Assembly (NCBI GenBank): GCA_004431415.1
Contig: QPMI01000680.1
Coordinates: forward strand, 1 to 52,020
Origin: Cyanophora paradoxa CCMP329
Lineage: Eukaryota; Plantae; Glaucophyta
Reading direction: 5' to 3'
Length of the DNA: 52,020 bases
The position numbers and the translations under genes are program-made. The notes beneath the pieces were generated by a model. The model was not told where the DNA came from. It did not search any database and was given only the letters and a program-made list of their open reading frames with translations. This document shows, one piece after another, positions 1 through 11,890 of this stretch. The stretch's first letter is position 1, and every line of letters begins with the position of its first letter.

Positions 1-1066
1 ACGAGAAACTCAGCCAAACGGCGCGGGACAATTGGTCGATGTGGACATCGATGTTGAGGCGTATGTGCCTCCGCCATACACGAGGCGAAACAAGCCTCTA
101 TGGCTAGGCACACCTGAGCGGCCTATTCCGACACCCATCCTGTCCTGCTTGTACAGACGGTCCGCGTACCCCCCTTCTCTTTCTTTCTTTTCCTTTGTTT
201 CTTTTCCTTCTTATTTCCCTTCTCCCGCTGAACGTGCTCTGACTTGGGCGCGTCGCAGCGTGGCGAACACCGAGAACCGATACTTCAACGCGCTGAGCAA
301 ATACCCTGAAGGCGAAACTGCACTGGTTCCCTGCAATGTCACGGGAGGAAGGAGGCTCCAGATCGGTACGGGGAGCATCGCCGTGGTCGCAACCGCGATA
401 CGGGACGCGAGGGCAGCGAGCCCGCGCAGCACGTGCTACGTCGAGAAGCTGGCTCGCCTACCGCCAAACGACGGTGCACTGGAGTGCACGGCCACGCAAG
501 GTGCCGCGCGCTGCAGCGTCTCCAGTCAAGTGCACCGGCTTGATGTACCGGGAACAACACCGGAGGCAACAATGGTTATCCTCCGGGGCTTCACCAATCT
601 CGAGTGGGACCACTGGCCGTGCGCCTCTTCCTTTTTCTACTTGTGGTTTCCTTTTTTCTGTCCATGGATATCAGTAACCACTCTTGCTGATTGCCTCGAG
701 CTCATATATATCACGAGCAGAGTCACCATCAAGAGTCACGCCGCTGCATTAGTGCAGGCCCTCCTTCAGCTCTCGGAGCCTGTGCATGATATGACCTTCC
801 ACACGACCGCTGGCTCCATCTTCAAGGCAAGATGCCGAGCTGACCGCGTGCTCGAGATTCTTTTCTCGCCTCGATGGGGTCGGGTGGTATGCGCCGGGCA
901 CCACCAGCGCAGCCCAATGGACTGCGCACCATTTGTTGCGGTTGCGAAAGAATGGTTCCGCAAGCCGCTAGTGGCCGAGGAGGATCGGTTTGCTGACCCA
1001 GGTAGACTAGATGAGCTAGTGGAGCGGTGCAAGCAGTTTGTAGGGCCGCAGTTGAACTTCCAGTGA
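1..1066 (+). CDS. 3' part of the array gene (5'-truncated copy); C-terminal Ulp1/C48-like protease motifs
   Basis: Same exons as 5172-6236 and 10403-11467. An in-frame GT-AG intron at 619-720 gives ...DHWPVTIKSHAAALVQ...HHQRSPMDCAPFVAV...PQLNFQ*. Confidence 0.7.
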   Translation, partial: RETQPNGAGQLVDVDIDVEAYVPPPYTRRNKPLWLGTPERPIPTPILSCLYRRSAYPPSLSFFSFVSFPSYFPSPAERALTWARRSVANTENRYFNALSKYPEGETALVPCNVTGGRRLQIGTGSIAVVATAIRDARAASPRSTCYVEKLARLPPNDGALECTATQGAARCSVSSQVHRLDVPGTTPEATMVILRGFTNLEWDHWPCASSFFYLWFPFFCPWISVTTLADCLELIYITSRVTIKSHAAALVQALLQLSEPVHDMTFHTTAGSIFKARCRADRVLEILFSPRWGRVVCAGHHQRSPMDCAPFVAVAKEWFRKPLVAEEDRFADPGRLDELVERCKQFVGPQLNFQ

Positions 1067-1486
1067 GCGTAGAGTTCTTGAGCGCCTTGCAATTTTGTGG
1101 AGCAAGTCAAATTTCGTCGATGTACCCCAGAGCCTTCGCTTTTAAGCCACCGAGCCCCCAAGTTTAGGGGGAATGAGTCGGGGGGGTACCCCGACCTTCG
1201 AAAGTGAGGCGCGCGCGTCGACGCAAAGCTCGCGCAAAGCTCGCGCATAGCGCTTCGCAGCGCGCGCGCCGTGCTCAGCCCCGCGGCGCCACGCCCGCCC
1301 CGCAGGCGACTTCGCCGCGCCCGCGCACGCGAGGAGTACACATCGCTCGCTTCATCGGCTCACCCGCGCGCCGGCGGCGCGCTAGCTACACGCTTTCGCT
1401 TGTCCGAGGTTCACATCATCGAATTCTGCAGCCGTCGCCCTTCCTCGCCGCTGTAAGGCGGCGCGCAGGGATTCGATCTCTCAACC

Positions 1487-4400
1487 ATGGCGTCGCCCGC
1501 GGGCCAGCGCAAGCAGCTCTGAGTCAGTAGGTAGTCCCGGAACCGCCCTCGGACCTGCCTGGGCGCGCTTTCTTCGATCCTTCTAAAAAGCGTGTTTTCG
1601 GAGCGAAATTTTGGCACTATGTTCACTATGCCGCCGGCCGTGGGCTCGGATCTGCCGGGGCCTTTTTCAAGCGATCGCCGGCGCCGCGTCCGTCGTCCGA
1701 CGGTTCGCGCTGGCGATCGCCCGGATACTCGGTACAGGCCTAGCGATCGCCGGAGCGATGAGAAGGCTCTCTGACCGGCGATCGCTTGCGCAGGAGCTGC
1801 TTCAAGTTCGTCGCACCAGCCAACGCCAACGCCGCAGTGCGTGCCCGCCTCCCGTAGCGCTGCGAGCTTGCTCGCATAGAGATTCTCTATTCAATTGGAT
1901 CGCTAGATCTGCCCGCGCATAGAGCCTTCTCATTGCTCGGCGATCGCTTTGTGTTCGGCGCCATACCAGCGAGTCCGACCTCTAACAAAGAGCTGCTGGG
2001 CGGCGATCGTTCTGGTTCTCAGTCTAACGGTCGCCGCGGGCTTGACGTCCACCGCCTTCTCATTGGCCAAGCGATGCTGCTTTTCGGTTCTTATGCCCGA
2101 CTGCGCAGCATGTCGACCCCAGGAGCAACTCTTGGGGAGGAAGAGATGAGTGGACCTCCAGCTCATCTCCCAACCCCTTCTGGCGGCCGCGCGGCGGGTG
2201 TGGCCTCTGGGCGGCCTCGGGGGCGGCTCCGGCCTTGAGCTTGTCCCCGCCCTCCCTCCCCCGGGCCCGCCCTCCCCCGGCCCGCCCTCCCCGGGCCGTC
2301 CTCCCCGGCCCGCCCCCCCCCGGCCCGTCCTCCCCCGCCGCCCCTCCCCGCCCGCCCCTCCCCCGGGCCGCCCTCCCCCGGCCCGCCCCTCCCCCGCCCC
2401 CCCTCCCCCCGCCCGCCCCTCCCCCGGCCGCCCCTCCCCGGGCCGCCCCTCCCCGGGCCGCCCTCCCCCGCCCCCCCCTCCCCGCCCCGCCCCTCCCCCG
2501 GGCCCGTCCCTCCCCCGGCCCCGCCCTCCCCCGGCCCGCCCCCCCCGGCCCTGTCCCTCCCCCTCCCCCCGGCCCGGTGCGCGGCGCGGGAGGCGGCGCG
2601 GGAGGCGGCGCGGGAGGCGGCACGGGAGGCGGCGCGGCGGGTGGCGCCCTGGACGGCGCAGCGGGCGGCGACGCTGGTGGCGCTGGCAGAAGGCGACAAG
2701 CACATGCACCCTTCGAGATCTGTGCGTTTTCTCTGTGAAATCTGCACGCCGCCTCTTTGTCTTATCATGTTTGCAGATCTGGACCCCAAGTGCATTATGT
2801 GGAGGACATCATCGTCGACCTGCCCCTGCCAGATGCTTGCGTGCACTGCGCAACCTGTTTGTGGGCACAAAGGGAGCGTTTCGAGGCCCCAAATTTCAGA
2901 GTTGTGTTGATTGGCTTGATGAGGTGCTCTGCAGCTCAAAGAATTGATCGAATGGAATCTAAGACCAACTTCTCCAGGTGACAGAAGCGGCTCGGCAAGC
3001 TCAGGCGAACGCTTGTCGGTTGCAGTTTCGAGGTGAACCAGCAAAGAACCGGACACGGACACTGGAGGATCTCCATGCTCTGAAGCACTTCATGAGCACT
3101 GTGCGTCTCGATCTTCTTTAGCTTGAGATTCGCCATGAGATACTGCATTTAGGTCGCACTCGAATCGCCAAGCCTTCAGCGCACCGGTCCCGACCCTCAT
3201 CCAGATGCTGATATAGCTGCTGGCGACAAGGAAGATACCTCAAGCTCTTCTCAACTCGATGAGCTCATTGATATGGACGTAAGCATCTATCTTTCTTGGC
3301 CAGTTGAAGCACGGCACTCACTGCAGGCACAGTGTGCATTTCTGGCCTTGGCGTGCCAGGGGCGCACGGTGAGTTTGCAGTGGATACGGACCTTCGAGCC
3401 AGGCACTACGACTGGCTAAAGGCCCGGGTGACGAGCTTCTATACCAACAAGATCTACATCCGTGAGAGACGACTGCGAGAGATAGATCTGGCACATGTCC
3501 ATGCCAGCTTGCCTCGTGCTTCTTCTGCTTACTTGCTGCCCGGTCAGGTCATCTTGTCTCTGGACTTTCAGGAGGGCAAGGATGACACAAGTACTAGCGA
3601 TGACAAACGATCATACGCTGTTGAATCGAAGATGTTCCTATCGCTCTGGATAGAGGTGTTCTTCTACGGGCGATCGAGCAATTCATCACTCGATTTCTAC
3701 AGTACGTCCCCTTCAAATCACTGCATTCTATTTTGAAAACCGAAATGTGATGCAGCCCCTGATGATGGCGAGATCCGCTCAGCTGCTGCTGTGCTCACAC
3801 AGCTTCTGGCCCTGCGGCCAGGAGACGCTGAGTTGGACCGTGAGCCTGCACGGGCACAAGGTCTTGCAAATGCTTTCATGGAGGTGCACGATGCTTTCAT
3901 GCTCTGTCTTTTCGTAACATGTTCTTAATTTTATATTAGGTCACAAACGGACAGTCTGAAATCAACCTTCTGCGTATGCAAGCGACTCTCGGGCTCAGCC
4001 AGCAAGCAATGTACCTTGGCACGAAGGAAGAAATGAAGGGCCAGTTCCGCAGTCTCGCTCAATCAGTGCACGCAGCACAGCAGCAGACACGGGAAGGCGA
4101 ATCACTCCAGCTGTGGTATGCATCCGGGGGGGGGGGGGGGGCGGAGGGGGGTAAAGTTTTTTTCTTACCAATGGCGACGCAGGCTTCATGCATGTGTGGA
4201 GCTTGCAGCAGCAGCTGCAGAGGCCGCGTTGGTGGAAGAGTTGCCACGTGGGAAAGGGCGGAAGCGCAAGGCGCAGGACGATCTCGTGTCGTACCCGGAG
4301 TGAAGAAGCTTCTTCGGAAGTGCAACGCGTACGGAGGCAACAGGGATGTCGGTCGTGGCGGCAAGATTGCAAGCGATGTGCAGGTCCTGCAGGTTGTTCG

Positions 4401-6236
4401 GAAGAGCGGCAAGGAGCTTCTTCGCCTTCTTGCAGGGCCGGCAAGCAGCATATCAGTCGGCATTATCTTCTCAGACCTTGTCCGCAAATCGCGTTTTCGG
4501 CGGTGGGCGACAATTGCCAACCAGCTCATATTCAAAGGCCTTGTAGATCTAGCCAAGGCATTCGACGACGAGGAGCACGGCAACGCAAGGCGGGCGCGAG
4601 CAGCGTGGGAGGCCGCGCGGCAAGCAGGTCAAGACCCAGGCCCGGCTCCCGAACAGGCGCCAAGTCCAATGGAGGTTCGACTACCCCCCCCCTCCAACCC
4701 CCCCTCCCCCTTCGCTACGCGTACCCCCCCCCCCGACACGTGGAGCTGATGCGCGTACCCTGCCGTTCTCCACAGGCGTGCCACGAGGCAATGGGAAACC
4801 CTGCCGTTCTCCACCACGAAGCGCCGGCGAACGAGCTCTTCACCCGGCTGCGCATGAAGCCAGAGCTGGCGGTGCGTGCGAGGGGTACGAAGACGACGCC
4901 ACAGAAGGGTTACTGAACTCTAATTCCGGTGCAGGAGAAATACGGTACAGGTCGCGCAGCGGAGAACAGCTTTCAGGCTCTGAAGCAAGTGGCTGCAGTG
5001 CTGGAACAGATGGCTCCAAGTCAGATGTTCTAACACACCGGATGCTGAATGGGGGCAACGACTCTGGAGAGGAGTACCCCGAGGTGGACGAACTCGGCGC
5101 GACGGCATACAGGAGAACTACACGGAAAGTCCAACAGGTACGAGCAACGGTTATCGCAAATGCTCAAGCTCACGAGAAACTCAGCCAAACGGCGCGGGAC
5201 AATTGGTCGATGTGGACATCGATGTTGAGGCGTATGTGCCTCCGCCATACACGAGGCGAAACAAGCCTCTATGGCTAGGCACACCTGAGCGGCCTATTCC
5301 GACACCATCCTGTCCTGCTTGTACAGACGGTCCGCGTACCCCCTTCTCTTTTCTTTCTTTTCCTTTGTTTCTTTTCCTTCTTATTTCCCTTCTCCCGCTG
5401 AACGTGCTCTGACTTGGGCGCGTCGCAGCGTGGCGAACACCGAGAACCGATACTTCAACGCGCTGAGCAATACCCTGAAGGCGAAACTGCACTGGTTCCC
5501 TGCAATGTCACGGGAGGAAGGAGGCTCCAGATCGGTACGGGGGAGCATCGCCGTGGTCGCAACCGCGATACGGGACGCGAGGGCAGCGAGCCCCGCAGCA
5601 CGTGCGTACGTCGAGAAGCTGGCTCGCCTACCGCCAAACGACGGTGCACTGGAGTGCACGGCCACGCAAGGTGCCGCGCGCTGCAGCGTCTCCAGTCAAG
5701 TGCACCGGCTTGATGTACCGGGAACAACACCGGAGGCAACAATGGTTATCCTCCGGGGCTTCACCAATCTCGAGTGGGACCACTGGCCGTGCGCCTCTTC
5801 CTTTTTCTACTTGTGGTTTCCTTTTTTCTGTCCATGGATATCAGTAACCACTCTTGCTGATTGCCTCGAGCTCATATATATCACGAGCAGAGTCACCATC
5901 AAGAGTCACGCCGCTGCATTAGTGCAGGCCCTCCTTCAGCTCTCGGAGCCTGTGCATGATATGACCTTCCACACGACCGCTGGCTCCATCTTCAAGGCAA
6001 GATGCCGAGCTGACCGCGTGCTCGAGATTCTTTTCTCGCCTCGATGGGGTCGGGTGGTATGCGCCGGGCACCACCAGCGCAGCCCAATGGACTGCGCACC
6101 ATTTGTTGCGGTTGCGAAAGAATGGTTCCGCAAGCCGCTAGTGGCCGAGGAGGATCGGTTTGCTGACCCAGGTAGACTAGATGAGCTAGTGGAGCGGTGC
6201 AAGCAGTTTGTAGGGCCGCAGTTGAACTTCCAGTGA
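1487..6236 (+). CDS. Array gene, full copy 1: multi-exon orphan with Pro/Gly low-complexity N-terminus and putative CE-clan protease C-terminus
   Basis: About 12 short GT/GC-AG introns join exons into a continuous frame (DLDPQVHYVEDIIVDLP / VTEAARQAQ / AQCAFLGLG / VILSLDFQEG / VTNGQSEINLLRMQ / YPEVKKLLRKCNAYGG / EKYGTGRAAE / VANTENRYFNAL). Several 1-bp indels relative to the other copies. The 5' exon structure and true start codon are uncertain. Confidence 0.65.
2245..2640 (+). repeat. C-rich ~17-18 bp minisatellite (CCCCGGGCCCGCCCCTC-like) followed by (GCGGGAGGCGGC)x4
   Basis: Visible tandem units. Would encode LPGPA-like and AGGG repeats if exonic. Confidence 0.85.
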
Positions 6237-6660
6237 GCGTAGAGTTCTTGAGCGCCTTGCAATTTTGTGGAGCAAGTCAAATTTCGTCGATGTACCCCAG
6301 AGCCTTCGCTTTTAAGCCACCGAGCCCCAAGTTTAGGGGGGAATGAGTCGGGGGGGTACCCCGACCTTCGAAAGTGAGGCGCGCGACGTCGACGCAAAGC
6401 TCGCGCAAAGCTCGCGCATAGCGCTTCGCAGCGCGCGCGCCGTGCTCAGCCCCGCGGCGCCACGCCCGCCCCGCAGGCGACTTCGCCGCGCCCGCGCACG
6501 CGAGGAGTACACATCGCTCGCTTCATCGGCTCACCCGCGGCGCCGGCGGCGCGCTAGCTACACGCTTTCGCTTGTCCGAGGTTCACATCATCGAATTCTG
6601 CAGCCGTCGCCCCTTCCTCGGCCGCTGTAAGGCGGCGCGCAGGGATTCGATCTCTCAACC

Positions 6661-9600
6661 ATGGCGTCGCCCGGCGGGCCCAGCGCAAGCAGCTCTGAGT
6701 CAGTAGGTACGTCCCGGAACCGCCCCTCGGACCTGCCTGGGCGCGCTTTCTTCCGATCCTTCTAAAAAGCGTGTTTTCGGAGCGAAATTTTGGCACTATG
6801 TTCACTATGCCCGCCGGCCGTGGGCTCGGATCTGGCCGGGGCCTTTTTCAAGCGATCGCCGGCGCCGCGTCCGTCGTCCGACGGTTCGCGCTGGCGATCG
6901 CCCCGGAGTACTCGGTACCAGGGCCTAGCGATCGCCGGAGCGATGAGAAGGCTCTCTGACCGGCGATCGCTTGCGCAGGAGCTGCTTCAAGTTCGTCGCA
7001 CCAGCCAACGCCAACGCCTGCAGTGCGTGCCCGCCTCCCGTAGCGCTGCGAGCTTGCTCGCATAGAGATTCTCTATTCAATTGGATCGCTAGATCTGCCC
7101 CGCGCATAGAGCCTTCTCATTGCTCGGCGATCGCTTTGTGTTCGGCGCCATACCCAGCGAGTCCGACCTCTAACAAAGAGCTGCTGGGCCGGCGATCGCT
7201 TCTGGGTTCTCAGTTCTAACGGTCGCCGCGGGCTTGACGTCCACCGCCTTCTCATTGGCCAAGCGATCGCTGCTTTTCGGTGTCTTATGCCCGACTGCGC
7301 AGCATGTCGACCCAGGAGCACACTCTTTGGGGAGGAAGAGATGGAGTGGACCTCCAGCTCATCTCCCAACCCCCTTCTGGCGGGCCGCGCGGCGGGTGGT
7401 GGCCTCGTGGGCGGCCTCGGGGGCGGCTCCGGCCTTGAGCTTGTCCCCGCCCTCCCCCTCCCCGGGCCCCGCCCTCCCCCCGGCCCGCCCTCCCCCGGGC
7501 CCGTCCCTCCCCCGGGCCCGCCCCTCCCCCGGGCCCGTCCCTCCCCCGGCCCGCCCTCCCCCGGGCCCGCCCCTCCCCCGGGCCCGCCCCTCCCCGGGCC
7601 CGCCCCTCCCCCGCCCCCCCCTCCCCCGGCCCCGCCCCTCCCCCGGGCCCGCCCCTCCCCCGGGCCCGCCCTCCCCCCGGGCCCGCCCCTCCCCCGCCCC
7701 CCCCTCCCCCGGCCCCGCCCCTCCCCCGGGCCCGTCCCTCCCCCGGCCCCGCCCCTCCCCCGGGCCCGCCCCCCCCCGGCCCTGTCCCTCCCCTCCCCCC
7801 GGCCCGGTGCGCGGCGCGGGAGGCGGCGCGGGAGGCGGCGCGGGAGGCGGCACGGGAGGCGGCGCGGCGGGTGGCGCCCTGGACGGCGCAGCGGGCGGCG
7901 ACGCTGGTGGCGCTGGCAGAAGGCGACAAGCACATGCACCTTCGAGATCTGTGCGTTTCTCTGTGAAATCTGCACGCCGCCTCTTTGTCTTATCATGTTT
8001 GCAGATCTGGACCCCCAAGTGCATTATGTGGAGGACATCATCGTCGACCTGCCCCCTGCCAGATGCTTGCGTGCACTGCGCAACCTGTTTGTGGGCACAA
8101 AGGGAGCGTTTCGAGGCCCCAAATTTCAGAGTTGTGTTGATTGGCTTGATGAGGTGCTCTGCAGCTCAAAGAATTGATCGAATGGAATCTAAGACCAACT
8201 TCTCCAGGTGACAGAAGCGGCTCGGCAAGCTCAGGCGAACGCTTGTCGGTTGCAGTTTCGAGGTGAACCAGCAAAGAACCGGACACGGACACTGGAGGAT
8301 CTCCATGCTCTGAAGCACTTCATGAGCACTGTGCGTCCTCGATCTTCTTTAGCTTGAGATTCGCCATGAGATACTGCATTTAGGTCGCACTCGAATCGCC
8401 AAGCCTTCAGCGCACCGGTCCCGACCCTCATCCAGATGCTGATATAGCTGCTGGCGACAAGGAAGATACCTCAAGCTCTTCTCAACTCGATGAGCTCATT
8501 GATATGGACGTAAGCATCTATCTTTCTTGGCCAGTTGAAGCACGGCACTCACTGCAGGCACAGTGTGCATTTCTGGGCCTTGGCGTGCCAGGGGCGCACG
8601 GTGAGTTTGCAGTGGATACGGACCTTCGAGCCAGGCACTACGACTGGCTAAAGGCCCGGGTGACGAGCTTCTATACCAACAAGATCTACATCCGTGAGAG
8701 ACGACTGCGAGAGATAGATCTGGCACGTGTCCATGCCAGCTTGCCTCGTGCTTCTTCTGCTTACTTGCTGCCCGGTCAGGTCATCTTGTCTCTGGACTTT
8801 CAGGAGGGCAAGGATGACACAAGTACTAGCGATGACAAACGATCATACGCTGTTGAATCGAAGATGTTCCTATCGCTCTGGATAGAGGTGTTCTTCTACG
8901 GGCGATCGAGCAATTCATCACTCGATTTCTACAGTACGTCCCTTCAAATCACTGCATTCTATTTTGAAAACCGAAATGTGATGCAGCCCTGATGATGGCG
9001 AGATCCGCTCAGCTGCTGCTGTGCTCACACAGCTTCTGGCCCTGCGGCCAGGAGACGCTGAGTTGGACCGTGAGCCTGCACGGGCACAAGGTCTTGCAAA
9101 TGCTTTCATGGAGGTGCACGATGCTTTCATGCTCTGTCTTTTCGTAACATGTTCTTAATTTTATATTAGGTCACAAACGGACAGTCTGAAATCAACCTTC
9201 TGCGTATGCAAGCGACTCTCGGGCTCAGCCAGCAAGCAATGTACCTTGGCACGAAGGAAGAAATGAAGGGCCAGTTCCGCAGTCTCGCTCAATCAGTGCA
9301 CGCAGCACAGCAGCAGACACGGGAAGGCGAATCACTCCAGCTGTGGTATGCATCCGGGGGGGGGGGGGGGGCGGAGGGGGGTAAAGTTTTTTTTCTTACC
9401 AATGGCGACGCAGGCTTCATGCATGTGTGGAGCTTGCAGCAGCAGCTGCAGAGGCCGCGTTGGTGGAAGAGTTGCCACGTGGAAAGGGCGGAAGCGCAAG
9501 GCGCAGGACGATCTCGTGTCGTACCCGGAGGTGAAGAAGCTTCTTCGGAAGTGCAACGCGTACGGAGGCAACAGGGATGTCGGTCGTGGCGGCAAGATTG

Positions 9601-11467
9601 CAAGCGATGTGCAGGTCCTGCAGGTTGTTCGGAAGAGCGGCAAGGAGCTTCTTCGCCTTCTTGCAGGGCCGGCAAGCAGCATATCAGTCGGCATTATCTT
9701 CTCAGACCTTGTCCGCAAATCGCGTTTTCGGCGGTGGGCGACAATTGCCAACCAGCTCATATTCAAAGGCCTTGTAGATCTAGCCAAGGCATTCGACGAC
9801 GAGGAGCACGGCAACGCAAGGCGGGCGCGAGCAGCGTGGGAGGCCGCGCGGCAAGCAGGTCAAGACCCAGGCCCGGCTCCCGAACAGGCGCCAAGTCCAA
9901 TGGAGGTTCGACTACCCCCCCCCTCCAACCCCCCCTCCCCCTTCGCTACGCGTACCCCCCCCCCGACACGTGGAGCTGATGCGCGTACCCTGCCGTTCTC
10001 CACAGGCGTGCCACGAGGCAATGGGAAACCCTGCCGTTCTCCACCACGAAGCGCCGGCGAACGAGCTCTTCACCCGGCTGCGCATGAAGCCAGAGCTGGC
10101 GGTGCGTGCGAGGGGTACGAAGACGACGCCACAGAAGGGGTTACTGAACTCTAATTCCGGTGCAGGAGAAATACGGTACAGGTCGCGCAGCGGAGAACAG
10201 CTTTCAGGCTCTGAAGCAAGTGGCTGCAGTGCTGGAACAGATGGGCTCCAAGTCAGATGTTCTAACACACCGGATGCTGAATGGGGCAACGACTCTGGAG
10301 AGGAGTACCCCGAGGTGGACGAACTCGGCGCGACGGCATACAGGAGAACTACACGGAAAGTCCAACAGGTACGAGCAACGGTTATCGCAAATGCTCAAGC
10401 TCACGAGAAACTCAGCCAAACGGCGCGGACAATTGGTCGATGTGGACATCGATGTTGAGGCGTATGTGCCTCCGCCATACACGAGGCGAAACAAGCCTCT
10501 ATGGCTAGGCACACCTGAGCGGCCTATTCCGACACCCATCCTGTCCTGCTTGTACAGACGGTCCGCGTACCCCCCTTCTCTTTTCTTTCTTTTCCTTTGT
10601 TTCTTTCCTTCTTATTTCCCTTCTCCCGCTGAACGTGCTCTGACTTGGGCGCGTCGCAGCGTGGCGAACACCGAGAACCGATACTTCAACGCGCTGAGCA
10701 ATACCCTGAAGGCGAAACTGCACTGGTTCCCTGCAATGTCACGGGAGGAAGGAGGCTCCAGATCGGTACGGGGGAGCATCGCCGTGGTCGCAACCGCGAT
10801 ACGGGACGCGAGGGCAGCGAGCCCCGCAGCACGTGCGTACGTCGAGAAGCTGGCTCGCCTACCGCCAAACGACGGTGCACTGGAGTGCACGGCCACGCAA
10901 GGTGCCGCGCGCTGCAGCGTCTCCAGTCAAGTGCACCGGCTTGATGTACCGGGAACAACACCGGAGGCAACAATGGTTATCCTCCGGGGCTTCACCAATC
11001 TCGAGTGGGACCACTGGCCGTGCGCCTCTTCCTTTTTCTACTTGTGGTTTCCTTTTTTCTGTCCATGGATATCAGTAACCACTCTTGCTGATTGCCTCGA
11101 GCTCATATATATCACGAGCAGAGTCACCATCAAGAGTCACGCCGCTGCATTAGTGCAGGCCCTCCTTCAGCTCTCGGAGCCTGTGCATGATATGACCTTC
11201 CACACGACCGCTGGCTCCATCTTCAAGGCAAGATGCCGAGCTGACCGCGTGCTCGAGATTCTTTTCTCGCCTCGATGGGGTCGGGTGGTATGCGCCGGGC
11301 ACCACCAGCGCAGCCCAATGGACTGCGCACCATTTGTTGCGGTTGCGAAAGAATGGTTCCGCAAGCCGCTAGTGGCCGAGGAGGATCGGTTTGCTGACCC
11401 AGGTAGACTAGATGAGCTAGTGGAGCGGTGCAAGCAGTTTGTAGGGCCGCAGTTGAACTTCCAGTGA
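6661..11467 (+). CDS. Array gene, full copy 2
   Basis: Same exon chain as copy 1, from ATG GCG TCG CCC at 6661 (start uncertain) to TGA at 11467. Confidence 0.65.
7445..7870 (+). repeat. Same minisatellite in copy 2, slightly longer
   Basis: Same units, with a longer array than at 2245-2640. Confidence 0.85.
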
Positions 11468-11890
11468 GCGTAGAGTTCTTGAGCGCCTTGCAATTTTGTG
11501 GAGCAAGTCAAATTTCGTCGATGTACCCCAGAGCCTTCGCTTTTAAGCCACCGAGCCCCCAAGTTTAGGGGGAATGAGTCGGGGGGTACCCCGACCTTCG
11601 AAAGTGAGGCGCGCGACGTCGACGCAAAGCTCGCGCAAAGCTCGCGCATAGCGCTTCGCAGCGCGCGCGCCGTGCTCAGCCCCGCGGCGCCACGCCCGCC
11701 CCGCAGGCGACTTCGCCGCGCCCGCGCACGCGAGGAGTACACATCGCTCGCTTCATCGGCTCACCCGCGGCGCCGGCGGCGCGCTAGCTACACGCTTTCG
11801 CTTGTCCGAGGTTCACATCATCGAATTCTGCAGCCGTCGCCCCTTCCTCGGCCGCTGTAAGGCGGCGCGCAGGGATTCGATCTCTCAACC

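Noticed and set aside
619-720. Hydrophobic 'FFYLWFPFFCPW' transmembrane segment in the ORF track
   Set aside because: It is an in-frame 102-nt intron (GTGCGC...GAGCAG). The FFSFVSF stretch near 160-257 is also intronic.
1-6236. Pseudogenisation or programmed frameshifting in the array copies (also in AGL and the kinase)
   Set aside because: Indels are single-base, concentrated in homopolymer/GC tracts and differ between copies. This is typical of long-read consensus error.
6851-7271. CRISPR-like spacing of the GCGATCGC repeats
   Set aside because: Repeats are only 8-12 bp, mixed in orientation and irregularly spaced; eukaryotic context and no cas genes.
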